The notes under the pieces were generated by a model. The model had not been told where the DNA came from, did not search any database, and saw nothing but the letters and a program-made list of their open reading frames with translations. A program made the translations under genes and the position numbers. DNA of 64,000 nt from a virus. The stretch lies in IMG/VR virus record IMGVR_UViG_3300045988_166882; one strand, 5' to 3'. Of the stretch, positions 17,111-26,304 are shown in pieces (position 1 is the stretch's first letter; each line of letters begins with the position of its first letter).

Positions 17111-18107
17111 CCATTATGCTTGGGCTGATAAACTACCCGACGCGTCGCTCGACGTGAGCGCAGAACACCACACGGAGTTCTTCCGGACGATGTTCGAGCG
17201 TCAGATGATATGGAAACGGCGGTTCTTAGATCAGGCTCCGCGCCCGTGGACTGAAGACCCCATACTACGCGACTACAAGTTTACCAACGTCTACCGCGAA
17301 CTGGACCGAAACTCCCAGTGGCAAATACGTAATATCCTACTCGATGACGGGTTGACGCTGGCGAATCTGGTGTGGAAGATGATGGTGTTCCGCTATTTCA
17401 ACAATCCCGCCACGTTCGAATACGCTCGCGAAAAGTACGGTTGGGGAGCCGGCATCCCGGATCACGACCAATACGACGAAGACCTCTTTGCCGAGATGAT
17501 AACGTCGTACCGCGCTACGGGTAACAATCCCTATACTACGGCGTATCTGATCAATTCGATGGCCACGCCCGGTAAGCCGCGCGACTACTGCTACACGCAC
17601 TTGGTCGTCCCGACGCTTCACCGTCGGTTAGGCGAACTGATGCGGACGGTGTTGACGGCTGACACTCCGGAGCAGATCATCAAGTTCCTTCAGAGCCTTC
17701 CTTCATCGGCGACGTTTATCGCTCACGAATTCTACCAAGACTTCACCTACATACCGCGTTACACCTATCGCCGTTTTATGCGTTTCACCCAAGACGACTA
17801 CACCAACGTCGGTCCCGGCGCGTCCATAGGGCTGCGGCTGGTGTTTCCGTCGTTGAAGTGCCAAATTGACGGTATCTACCGTTTGCGTGACGAAGCCCGC
17901 GAGGCTCTTCAGCAGTGTGGAGACTTTCCATACCTACATTGGGATCGCGCAGGGCGTTGCTACCGGGTGTCGCGCTGCGGCGACGTGACGCTTCATCAAG
18001 TTGAGATGTGGCTGTGTGAGTACCAGAAGTACTGGAAGATGAAGATCGGCGAAGGGAAGCAACGCTCAATCTTCGAACCGCGAACTCGTAAAATTGTAGG
18101 CCAATGA
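17097..18107 (+). CDS. candidate DNA thymidine-hypermodification enzyme (aGPT-Pplase / 5-hmdU-DNA-kinase helical-domain-like)
   Basis: N-terminal block RPWTEDPILRDYKFTNVYRELDRNSQW matches my recollection of the signature of the predicted alpha-glutamyl/putrescinyl-thymine pyrophosphorylase and 5-HMUDK helical-domain families. There is no P-loop. Not verified by search. Confidence 0.45.
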   Translation: MATFDHYAWADKLPDASLDVSAEHHTEFFRTMFERQMIWKRRFLDQAPRPWTEDPILRDYKFTNVYRELDRNSQWQIRNILLDDGLTLANLVWKMMVFRYFNNPATFEYAREKYGWGAGIPDHDQYDEDLFAEMITSYRATGNNPYTTAYLINSMATPGKPRDYCYTHLVVPTLHRRLGELMRTVLTADTPEQIIKFLQSLPSSATFIAHEFYQDFTYIPRYTYRRFMRFTQDDYTNVGPGASIGLRLVFPSLKCQIDGIYRLRDEAREALQQCGDFPYLHWDRAGRCYRVSRCGDVTLHQVEMWLCEYQKYWKMKIGEGKQRSIFEPRTRKIVGQ

Positions 18108-18427
18108 TCACGTTCCACACCCCGTTGGAAACGGGCGAGTTTATGGGCATCGACTTTCAGGTGATGGCCGATGACCTTTCAACCAGTGCCGCACGATTAG
18201 TAGTCGTCGGCACTTTCATATCACCCCTTACCGTTGAAGAGAAATCACACCTCCAAGACCTCGTTCACTTAATCCGCCGCGACGGTGAGTGGAACGGTTC
18301 GTATGACGACCAGACGGACTACTACTCATGGAACGGTCATCAGGTAGCAGTTTGGGGCGATATCATCCATCAGGCTATCATCATACGCAAGACGGCCCGC
18401 AACGACTTTTTGAATCTGTTGAGTTGA
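18104..18427 (+). CDS. hypothetical protein (107 aa)
   Basis: ATGA overlap with the upstream gene. Confidence 0.5.
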   Translation: MITFHTPLETGEFMGIDFQVMADDLSTSAARLVVVGTFISPLTVEEKSHLQDLVHLIRRDGEWNGSYDDQTDYYSWNGHQVAVWGDIIHQAIIIRKTARNDFLNLLS

Positions 18428-18464
18428 CAGCCAATTATAGCTTAACAAATCGCATAAAAACATT

Positions 18465-20225
18465 ATGTCCGGTGTAAAAGAAAGATTGGAATCGGTAGAA
18501 CGCGCCATGCAGGCTCTCACGATACGTAAATCGTTGTTGATGGAGCGAGCGTTGCGCAGCGACAACCCGTCCGACATACTCAAAGCCGCTGAGATATTCA
18601 ATCAGCAATCCAAGCCCGCTAACGTTGCTCCGAAGGCGTACCTGATCGACCCTTTGGAGTTCAATTCGTTTTTGGGCTATAAGGATAAGCCGTTTTCGCT
18701 TTCGTACGAAACGCTCCGCCGGATGAGCCGCACCCCCATCATCAACTCAATCCTCAAGACCCGTAAGAACCAGATAGCCGACTTCGCTGAACCGCAGGCC
18801 GACCGCTATTCGACGGGCTTCGTGATTCGCCGTAAGCCCAAGCACGGCCAAGAGCAGAAGATGGATTCACAGGACCGCAAGATCGCGTCTTCCATCACCG
18901 ACTTCATCCTCAACTGCGGCGATACCGCTACGTGGGACGGCGACGAGTTTGATGAGTTTATTCGTAAAATCGTTGACGACTCGTTGACGTTCGACCAGAT
19001 GACGTTCGAGTGTATCCGGAACCGCCGCGGCAAACTGGTACGCTTTCAGGCCGTGGACGCCGCTACGTTCCGTCTTGCGGAATCGTACTTCGACGGCGAG
19101 TACAACAACCCGTACTTCGACGGCGCCATGACCGACGATCGCCAAAATTGGGGTCCCAAGGTCGACGGCTATTATCCGGCCTACGTTCAGGTGTACCAAA
19201 CAGCCAAGGTGGCGCAGTTCTATCCGTGGGAGTTGTGCTTCGGTATTCGCAATCCGACCACGTCGATCTACGCCAACGGCTACGGCAACTCAGAGTTGGA
19301 AGAGTTGATCAACGTGGTCACGTCGATGCTTTGGGGTGATGAATACAACCGCCGTTTCTTCTCACAAGGTTCTGCGCCGAAGGGTCTGCTCCGCATCAAG
19401 GGTAACGTCAACGAGGCGTCACTCCAGCAGTTCAAGCAGCAGTGGCAGGCCATGATATCCGGCGTTATGCAGTCGTGGAAGACGCCCGTCGTTGAGGGCG
19501 ATATCGACTGGGTTGACCTCCAGAAGAACAACCGCGACATGGAGTACAACTCTTGGATGGAGTACCTGATCAAGATCGCGTGCGCCGTATTCTGTATTGA
19601 CCCCACGGAAATCGGCTGGGATATTTCACGCTCCAACGGCAGCGGCCTTACCTTCGGCGACGGCCAAAAGCAGCGCATGGAGCAATCGAAAGACAAGGGT
19701 CTCTACCCGATGCTGAAATTCATCCAGCGTAAGATCAACAAATTCATCGTCGAGCAGATCAACCCCGACTTCGAGTTTGTGTTCATGGGCCTCAACGGTA
19801 TGACCATCTCCGAGGAATTGGAGATGGACATCAAACGCCTCCAAGCCTTCCAGACCGTGGACGAGATTCGCGAGAAGTGGGACCTCCCGGCTATCGGCGA
19901 AGAAAAGGGTGGCGATACCATCGAGAACGCCGTCATCCAGCAAGCACTCAGCGCCAAGCAACAGCAGCAACAGGCGATGGGTGGTATGGGCGGCGGCAAC
20001 CCGTTCGAAGAGGCTGCGGGTATGGGTATGGAAGTCGCGGGTGGCCCGGCTGATGAACCTGTGGCTGGCGGCGAAGGTGAGGAAGACGATGAAGCGCAGG
20101 CCGGCAACCCGTTCGATCTCTACGCCCAAGGCGACGAAGAAGAAACTATGAAGGCCCGTGAGGCAAATCCGCTCGTGGCCGCATTCGATGAATACTTACA
20201 AAAAGCAATAAACCATGACGAGTAA
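18465..20225 (+). CDS. portal protein (probable)
   Basis: 586 aa. The central region (NGYGNSELEELINVVTSMLWGDEYNRRFFSQGSAPKGLLRIKG...WKTPVVEGDIDWVDL...KIACAVFCIDPTEIGW) resembles Phage_portal-type proteins. The C-terminal tail is acidic and Gln/Gly-rich. Confidence 0.65.
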   Translation: MSGVKERLESVERAMQALTIRKSLLMERALRSDNPSDILKAAEIFNQQSKPANVAPKAYLIDPLEFNSFLGYKDKPFSLSYETLRRMSRTPIINSILKTRKNQIADFAEPQADRYSTGFVIRRKPKHGQEQKMDSQDRKIASSITDFILNCGDTATWDGDEFDEFIRKIVDDSLTFDQMTFECIRNRRGKLVRFQAVDAATFRLAESYFDGEYNNPYFDGAMTDDRQNWGPKVDGYYPAYVQVYQTAKVAQFYPWELCFGIRNPTTSIYANGYGNSELEELINVVTSMLWGDEYNRRFFSQGSAPKGLLRIKGNVNEASLQQFKQQWQAMISGVMQSWKTPVVEGDIDWVDLQKNNRDMEYNSWMEYLIKIACAVFCIDPTEIGWDISRSNGSGLTFGDGQKQRMEQSKDKGLYPMLKFIQRKINKFIVEQINPDFEFVFMGLNGMTISEELEMDIKRLQAFQTVDEIREKWDLPAIGEEKGGDTIENAVIQQALSAKQQQQQAMGGMGGGNPFEEAAGMGMEVAGGPADEPVAGGEGEEDDEAQAGNPFDLYAQGDEEETMKAREANPLVAAFDEYLQKAINHDE

Positions 20226-20472
20226 CGAGAAGAACACCGCGCCCATCGTACAGCTGTTGGCTGACGCTATGCCCAAGCCTATCATCGACGCTTCTGGCGG
20301 CAGCGTGATCTACCGCGGCTATGCCCCCATTGGTACGGGTCAAGGTGAGGCCGGGTGGCGCATCGAGCGTGAGACCACCGCCAACGGCATCACCATCACC
20401 GAATACCCCATCGGCGACATGAGTTACAATTTCGTGTGGGCCGACCGCGCTACCTACGTATATTCACGCTAA
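20215..20472 (+). CDS. hypothetical protein (85 aa)
   Basis: ATG ORF overlapping the portal 3' end by 11 nt. Confidence 0.5.
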   Translation: MTSNEKNTAPIVQLLADAMPKPIIDASGGSVIYRGYAPIGTGQGEAGWRIERETTANGITITEYPIGDMSYNFVWADRATYVYSR

Positions 20473-20485
20473 ACCGAAACGCACA

Positions 20486-22108
20486 ATGGCAACTATTGAC
20501 GTCGGAACTGTAGCAGGTATATCCATCGGAACGACACCTCCGTCGAATCCGGCGATTATCTGGTACGACACCACCGACAAACTCCACAAGAACTACGACG
20601 CCTCACTCGGGCAGTGGATTCCGATGTCGCAGGCGATTGTGTCCGAAATAGGCGATTTTAACGACCTTATCAATAAAGCGAACCTTCCGGGCGGCTTACC
20701 TATCGCTGCGTTCTACAATGTCCTGAAACGCGACGCTGACGCCCAGTGGAACACCATGGTCTGGGTGGTGGGGCAAACGCGCATCCAGTACGTCGATAAA
20801 CTCAACAACATCATCGTTGAAGACTTGGCTGGTCAAGGTACTACGACGCAGTATGTGGCATCGACCAACTACTTCTTCGACAACATCGTCGCTACGTTCG
20901 ACCAAAAGACCTCGAAACTCAACTACACGTTCCAGCAACTGACCGACAATCCGGCCCTTGCAGACGTGTTGTACGGCATGCGGGTCATCAACAACATTCC
21001 TACGTTGGTGAAGCGGACGGTGAAGTCGCTGTTGTCTAATTCGAGTAAGAACTCGTTAGGGTTCGTCAATGGCTTGTACTTCGACTTCAGCGCAGCGATG
21101 AACGGCGTTATCGTCTCTGAACAGGCGGGCGATACCCAAGTCCCCGGCTACAAGCAATACAAGGCCGATTATGCAGCCATCGAAAAGGCTTTTGAGGACG
21201 TCAGCAAGATCATCAACGACTGGCAGAACGGGTCTCAACAGATGATCTTTGGCGCCAAGTTGATCGAGGTTAATCCCGTAACGGCTACGGTGGCCACGCC
21301 TCAGGACCTGACTACGCAGGACGATTTGAAGACGGCCCTCAACAAGATACAAGGCTGGTACAACCGTCTGAAATTGGCTACCGGCATGACCCTTTCGTCG
21401 GATTATGTCAAGGCACCATCTAAGACCCGTTATCCGCAAGGAGGCGATACCGTCCAGCAGGCAATAGCTATCCTTCATAAATTCGTTGAGGATTTTGACG
21501 GTAAGGCTACAAATGTCGTCGTTGGTGGTAGCGAAGGCGACTTCCCTGCCAGCCCTAACCCTTCGTATCAGATCAAGCCAACCGACAGCCTGTATCAGGC
21601 CGTTGCTAAGATCGTCAACAACTTGGCGTCGCTGTTTGGCGGTGGAGTGAGTGATGCAGCCTATTTGGCTGATAATTTCGTACGTACCCAGAGTATTCGC
21701 CCCAAAGCAGTCAACTCCCTGAAGATATCGGACGAACTCCACGACGCAATATTCTGTCACACGTACAATCCTGTTGATTGGAGCGGTGATGACACTACCA
21801 ACTTCATGCTGGAGCCGGGGTGTATGTTCGACGCTATCAATTCCCCGCTGACGCTCATCGACCCGGTTCTTTCTGAAGCGGACGTTTTCCCGCCTAAAAT
21901 GTGGGATACCTACGTGCGCATGAAATCGAACCAGACTTTCAAGGCCCCGACGGGTTCGGCTCTGGGCATCACCGTCAGCGCCGTTTATACGAATCAGTTA
22001 GGATCGGGCGACCGTAAACTTGTCCACGTTAGGTTCATTCCCGCGGCTCGCACTCCAACGACTGGTTTCTTCTTTGTTACGACGTATTTGTTTTCAAGTC
22101 AAGCCTAA
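20486..22108 (+). CDS. hypothetical structural (fibre-like) protein (540 aa)
   Basis: The N-terminus TPPSNPAIIWYDTTDKLHKNYDASLGQW resembles N-termini common in phage fibre and decoration proteins. The function call is weak. Confidence 0.5.
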   Translation: MATIDVGTVAGISIGTTPPSNPAIIWYDTTDKLHKNYDASLGQWIPMSQAIVSEIGDFNDLINKANLPGGLPIAAFYNVLKRDADAQWNTMVWVVGQTRIQYVDKLNNIIVEDLAGQGTTTQYVASTNYFFDNIVATFDQKTSKLNYTFQQLTDNPALADVLYGMRVINNIPTLVKRTVKSLLSNSSKNSLGFVNGLYFDFSAAMNGVIVSEQAGDTQVPGYKQYKADYAAIEKAFEDVSKIINDWQNGSQQMIFGAKLIEVNPVTATVATPQDLTTQDDLKTALNKIQGWYNRLKLATGMTLSSDYVKAPSKTRYPQGGDTVQQAIAILHKFVEDFDGKATNVVVGGSEGDFPASPNPSYQIKPTDSLYQAVAKIVNNLASLFGGGVSDAAYLADNFVRTQSIRPKAVNSLKISDELHDAIFCHTYNPVDWSGDDTTNFMLEPGCMFDAINSPLTLIDPVLSEADVFPPKMWDTYVRMKSNQTFKAPTGSALGITVSAVYTNQLGSGDRKLVHVRFIPAARTPTTGFFFVTTYLFSSQA

Positions 22109-22119
22109 AATGGTATCGT

Positions 22120-22689
22120 ATGTGCAAGGTGGTCTATTTAACATCCAAGCGTTTTAACGCCGAGGCCCGACGCTTCATCCAAGCGCTGGCTGCTGAGTTG
22201 CGTCGGCGGCGTATTGAAGTGGTCGTCGGCAACGCTTACGATGTTTGGAATTATTTCCGGCCACATCGCACCTACGGTATAGCCATGGCGGTGGACTTCT
22301 TCGCCGACCAGAAGGACGGGTGCAGTCTGACGCTGAACCGGGTTTGCCCGGCTTTAACGCGGGACTTTGCCTACAACCTTTCGAACCACTACGATATTTT
22401 GACGCCTCAAATTCGTTGGCGGTCGTTTCTGTTCGTTGATTCGTATGACCGTCAGTGGTATCGTTTCTTCAATCGCGTTAGTGCGGAGGTGAAACTCATA
22501 ATCTACCCCGCTACGCTTACCAGCGAGGGGGACATGGACGCCTACCTCAGTGCGCGTGACGGGATTATACGGGTATTTGCTGACGAAATTGTGAGGTGTC
22601 TTCGCTCTAATTACGATTACAACGCATATGCTCGCGCCGCCAAGGCCGCTCGTATACGTATTAACGAAAGAATGAAACACAATGGCTGA
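22120..22689 (+). CDS. hypothetical protein (189 aa)
   Basis: ATG ORF. Only a vague resemblance to the Amidase_3 topology, without the zinc ligands, so no function is assigned. Confidence 0.5.
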   Translation: MCKVVYLTSKRFNAEARRFIQALAAELRRRRIEVVVGNAYDVWNYFRPHRTYGIAMAVDFFADQKDGCSLTLNRVCPALTRDFAYNLSNHYDILTPQIRWRSFLFVDSYDRQWYRFFNRVSAEVKLIIYPATLTSEGDMDAYLSARDGIIRVFADEIVRCLRSNYDYNAYARAAKAARIRINERMKHNG

Positions 22690-23182
22690 CGGACTTTTCA
22701 TGACCACCATCTTCCCTGTAATTTCGCTTCTGTTCGGGGCGGGCGGTATTGGCTACGCCATTGTGGCGCGTATGCTGGATCGTAAGAAATACGATCAGGA
22801 AGTACGTTGTAGCCAAGCCGACGCTGACCTCAAAGGCGAAGAGTTCTGGAAAGGCCGTTATGATACGCTGATGGCCGAGTTGGACAAAAAGGAGTCGTGG
22901 TGGAAGGAACGCTACAACAACCTCTATCAAGAGGTTCAGAACGAACGTAAGTTATCCAACGAAATGATGACGAACTTTCGTAACGAACTCAACAAAATAC
23001 GTGACGAGTATGAGGCCCAGCGTCAGGCCGACCGCGATAAGTACAACCGCCTGATGGAAGAATTCCGCACTCAGGAGCGTGAAGCCAACAAGGCGGCGGA
23101 AGACTACAAGCGACGCATCAACGAACTCGAAGCCTCCATAACGGCCTACGAGGAGATGATCAAAAGCGGAAAACGGCCATGA
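22682..23182 (+). CDS. N-terminally anchored membrane protein with long coiled coil (166 aa)
   Basis: One TM helix (IFPVISLLFGAGGIGYAIVA) followed by about 120 aa of heptad-like charged sequence. Confidence 0.6.
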   Translation: MADGLFMTTIFPVISLLFGAGGIGYAIVARMLDRKKYDQEVRCSQADADLKGEEFWKGRYDTLMAELDKKESWWKERYNNLYQEVQNERKLSNEMMTNFRNELNKIRDEYEAQRQADRDKYNRLMEEFRTQEREANKAAEDYKRRINELEASITAYEEMIKSGKRP

Positions 23183-23736
23183 AAACAGCAGTGCAAATAA
23201 TTCTCGTTTTGGTGGCCCTAATTCTCGCGTTTTTATTCGGGCGAAGTACTTATACCCCTGAACCCCCTAAAGTCGTTGAAAGGTGGCGTACAAAGCACGA
23301 CACGGTCGAATACCGCGATACAGTAAAGGTTCCGGTCCCGAAAATCATCATCCGCGACACCACCATCTACCTACCGGGTGAAATCGACACCGCCGCGCTA
23401 CTGGCCGACTATCTGGCACGCAAGGAGTATCACCTCGACTTCTCCAACGACAGTATCGGCGAGTTCCGTGTCGACGCCACTGTCCAGTGTAACGCCATTA
23501 CGGAGGCCGTGTCTCACGTCAAGCCGCTGATCCGCATCCACGAGATAGAACACACCATTATCGACAAGCGAATACCCTTCATCCAAGGCTACGCCCAGAT
23601 AGGAACGTCCGTGGACTTTGGTACACAAAAGTTCTCCGCCGGAGCCGACTTTCGTCAACGCTTCATGGTTGGCGCTTCAGCTATAAGGGTTGAAGACCAG
23701 TGGGGGTATACGTTAGATTTTGGCATAAAATTTTGA
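23179..23736 (+). CDS. N-terminally anchored membrane protein (185 aa)
   Basis: ATGA overlap with the upstream gene. TM helix AVQIILVLVALILAFLF, with a beta-rich C-terminus. There is no lipobox Cys. Confidence 0.6.
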   Translation: MKTAVQIILVLVALILAFLFGRSTYTPEPPKVVERWRTKHDTVEYRDTVKVPVPKIIIRDTTIYLPGEIDTAALLADYLARKEYHLDFSNDSIGEFRVDATVQCNAITEAVSHVKPLIRIHEIEHTIIDKRIPFIQGYAQIGTSVDFGTQKFSAGADFRQRFMVGASAIRVEDQWGYTLDFGIKF

Positions 23737-23743
23737 CGATTCT

Positions 23744-23775
23744 CTTGGCAGTTTGGAGAAAATTCAGTACTTTTG
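23744..23775 (+). promoter_or_regulatory. Bacteroidota-type promoter candidate (-33 CTTG / -7 TACTTTTG)
   Basis: CTTG (23744-23747), a 20-nt spacer, then TACTTTTG (23768-23775), which is an exact TAnnTTTG. It shares ATTCTCTTGG...AGAAAATTCA with the site at 13950. Confidence 0.45.
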
Positions 23776-23808
23776 TAGTGGAAATGAAACTTATAAACCT
23801 ATAACACC

Positions 23809-25884
23809 ATGAAAGAAGTTATCAACTACGGCGAAGCACGTCGCCAGCAAATTCTTAAAGGGTTCACCAACGTCGAGGAGGTCGCGGACGAGCCGATCGA
23901 AAAAGCGCGTCACGGTGTCTACGCCGACAACGCTCAAAACCGTCGTCTGCAGCGCGTGGGACAGGAGTACGGTCAAGCCGCCAAGGAAGACCCCGAAGGT
24001 GAAGGCCAGGAGGGCGGTATGCCTGAGGGCAACGTCAGCCTCCAGAACCACGCTCGTCAGGCTTCAGAAGAGGCGCTGACGAAGGTCGCCAACGACCCGC
24101 AGGCTGACCCCGAAATGCGCAAGGTGGCTACCGCTGAATTGGAACGCCGCGGTGTAAGCGTTCGCGCCAAGAACAAGAACGGCGACACTTCGCTGCGTAA
24201 CGGGTTGGCTGACGGTGACGCCAAATCGGCTTCGACGTTCGAGGGCATGGGCTTCCGCCAGATGGACGATCAGGACCTCCAACAGTACGCCGGAGTTGAG
24301 GACGCTTCGCACGCCTTCATCAAGCAGATCGGCAGTGACGAAGACGGCTTCGACCTTGTGGTCACCAAGACCAGCGAGGGCTACCGCGTGGACAAATACC
24401 CTTACGCCGACGTGGACAATTTCGAGTCGGTGACGGTGAAGGAGATTGGCGACGTTGAGGGAGCCGCGTCTAAGTTTGGTGATCCCGATGCCAAGGGTAA
24501 GGGCGGCAAAGCCGACGCCGCATCGCTCGTTGACAGTTTCAACGCTATGGCTGAGGGCGATGCAGACTTCGACGCCAAGTCGTTCAAATCGTTCGTGAAG
24601 GAAAAAGGCGGTAAGGCCGTGAAGGAAATCGCCGACGCCATTCGTAAGATGCCCAGCGAGGCCGGGCAAAGCGATCTGGCTGACGACGAGATCGCCGACA
24701 TGATCGAGAATATGTTCGAGGAAGCCGGAACGCGCGTTCCGCGTGAGGCCAAGAAGGAACTCGACAACCTTCGCGGGTCGGGTGAAAGCGTTCTGGCCAA
24801 GTGGGACGCCTACACTTCGGAGTCGGGTGAAGACGATGACTTCAGCGCAGCGCTCGAAAGCCTCATCGACAACAAGGGCGAGGCTAAGGCCATCAAGGAA
24901 CTCGCTGCCGCTATCAAAACCTCCGGTCAAGGTGAGGCCGCTCAGAGCGATATCCTCGACGACGAAATCGCTGACGAAATCGCCAATATCTTCGAAGAGG
25001 CCGGAATCGACCTGTCGAAGAAAGGTCAAGCCGCGCTCGACAAGATGCGTGCTGACTCGGACGGCGACGGTAACGTGAGCAGCGCCGAAGGTCTGGTCCA
25101 GAGTTTCGACGACATGGCCGAAAACGACACCGACTTCGACACCGCAGGCTTCAAGTCCTTCGTGAAGCAGAAGGGTGACGCCGCGGCTATCAAGGAACTG
25201 GCCGCAGCCATGAAAGCAAACCCGGCTGATACCGGCGGTGCTCAGTCCGACGCTACGGACGACGAAATTGCCGACACCATCGCCAATATGTTTGAGATGG
25301 CTGGTGTGAAGGTATCGAAGGACGGCCAGAAGGAACTCGACGCGCTGATCGGCGGCGAGGAGGAAAGCGCCACCAAGCAGGGCGAAAAGGCCGACGCCGC
25401 AGCCAAGGCTGAAGTGAAGAGCGCTGAAAAGGGTGCTAAAGCCAAGGCCGACAAAGCCGCGAAGTCTTCGCCTGAGAAGGACAACGCCGCCGCCGACAAA
25501 TTCATCAAGAAAAGCGAAAACGGAGCCAACCCCTCTGAGTACGCCAAGATGATCTCCAAGAACCCCGAAGGTATCGCCCGCGTGCTGAAGGAAAGGATCG
25601 CTTCCGGCGACAAGGCCGCTAAACGCGCTGCTCTGAGTCTCACTTCGCTCATCGACCCGGAGTCCCGTGAGAAGGGTGTCGGCCAAGAACTCCTCAGCCA
25701 CCCCGAACTCAAGAAGATTGCCGACGAACGTGCCGCAGCGCACAAACTGCTGACGGGCGTGTCTTACGACGATATGGACACGTACAAGAAGAAGTCAGAC
25801 GAGCAAATTGAGATATTCAAACGTACCAACAAGGAGTTCGTCGACAAGTTCCTGGAGATTTACGGCGGTAACACCGAAGAGTAA
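23809..25884 (+). CDS. acidic Ala/Lys/Asp/Glu-rich protein with three tandem ~95-aa repeats (scaffold or internal/cargo protein candidate)
   Basis: 691 aa. The N-terminus carries the motif GVYADNAQNRRLQRVGQEY. Three repeats contain F[KD]SFVK[EQ]KG..A[VI]KE[IL]A.A[IM]K....QSD..DDEIAD.I.N[MI]FE.AG. The antisense 559-aa ORF is judged a shadow ORF. Confidence 0.7.
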   Translation: MKEVINYGEARRQQILKGFTNVEEVADEPIEKARHGVYADNAQNRRLQRVGQEYGQAAKEDPEGEGQEGGMPEGNVSLQNHARQASEEALTKVANDPQADPEMRKVATAELERRGVSVRAKNKNGDTSLRNGLADGDAKSASTFEGMGFRQMDDQDLQQYAGVEDASHAFIKQIGSDEDGFDLVVTKTSEGYRVDKYPYADVDNFESVTVKEIGDVEGAASKFGDPDAKGKGGKADAASLVDSFNAMAEGDADFDAKSFKSFVKEKGGKAVKEIADAIRKMPSEAGQSDLADDEIADMIENMFEEAGTRVPREAKKELDNLRGSGESVLAKWDAYTSESGEDDDFSAALESLIDNKGEAKAIKELAAAIKTSGQGEAAQSDILDDEIADEIANIFEEAGIDLSKKGQAALDKMRADSDGDGNVSSAEGLVQSFDDMAENDTDFDTAGFKSFVKQKGDAAAIKELAAAMKANPADTGGAQSDATDDEIADTIANMFEMAGVKVSKDGQKELDALIGGEEESATKQGEKADAAAKAEVKSAEKGAKAKADKAAKSSPEKDNAAADKFIKKSENGANPSEYAKMISKNPEGIARVLKERIASGDKAAKRAALSLTSLIDPESREKGVGQELLSHPELKKIADERAAAHKLLTGVSYDDMDTYKKKSDEQIEIFKRTNKEFVDKFLEIYGGNTEE
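24520..25365 (+). repeat. three in-frame tandem coding repeats (~280 bp each)
   Basis: Units start near 24520, 24790 and 25075 at the protein level. Units 1 and 3 align end to end. Unit 2 has a diverged N-terminal part. Confidence 0.7.
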
Positions 25885-26075
25885 TGCCCTACAACGCCAA
25901 ACATACCCACTTTCTGCCGTCGCCGTTCCCCACCGTTACTCAGTACGAAGATCGGTTCATCCGGGAATGGAACGCCAATAATGCCGCAGCGTTAGGTGAT
26001 GTACTGAAATACATCGCCGACGCTACGGCTACGGCGGTAAAAGAATTAAAAGAAGATGGCAAAAAGCAAGACTAA
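25884..26075 (+). CDS. hypothetical protein (63 aa)
   Basis: Start overlaps the upstream stop (TAATG). Confidence 0.4.
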   Translation: MPYNAKHTHFLPSPFPTVTQYEDRFIREWNANNAAALGDVLKYIADATATAVKELKEDGKKQD

Positions 26076-26304
26076 AACATTTGTATGGTGCGTTTTCTCT
26101 GAACAGTATGCGGAGTACAAAGACGGCTTTGGCACTCACGTCAACAAGGATGTAAAGGTACGTCGTCTGTTGGAGATTTTCTCTAACGAAGATGCTGCTC
26201 ATGAATACATTGCTGCTCAACCGTATCGTTTCTTTAATTATCGCCTTCCGAATCCGGAAAGCGCCATTATTGAAAAGCGCGAAGTCCTCACAAGCTACGA
26301 TTAA
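26056..26304 (+). CDS. hypothetical protein (82 aa)
   Basis: ATG ORF. No motif recognised. Confidence 0.45.
   Translation: MAKSKTKTFVWCVFSEQYAEYKDGFGTHVNKDVKVRRLLEIFSNEDAAHEYIAAQPYRFFNYRLPNPESAIIEKREVLTSYD

Noticed and set aside
22120-22689. N-acetylmuramoyl-L-alanine amidase (Amidase_3) call for this ORF, which would make 22120..23736 a lysis cassette
   Set aside because: There is only a loose topological resemblance. The N-terminal His/Glu zinc ligands are not present. A better endolysin candidate (M15-like) exists at 35053..35577.
24520-25365. Tandem repeats that might suggest a CRISPR-like or satellite array
   Set aside because: The units are ~280 bp, in frame, and encode a conserved protein repeat. 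There is no short repeat/unique-spacer alternation.
24064-25743. 559-aa ORF on the minus strand
   Set aside because: It lies entirely antisense to the repeat-containing + strand gene 23809..25884. Its translation is low-complexity (G/V/L/R/F-rich) with no motifs. This is typical of a shadow ORF in GC-rich, GAN/GCN-codon-rich coding sequence.
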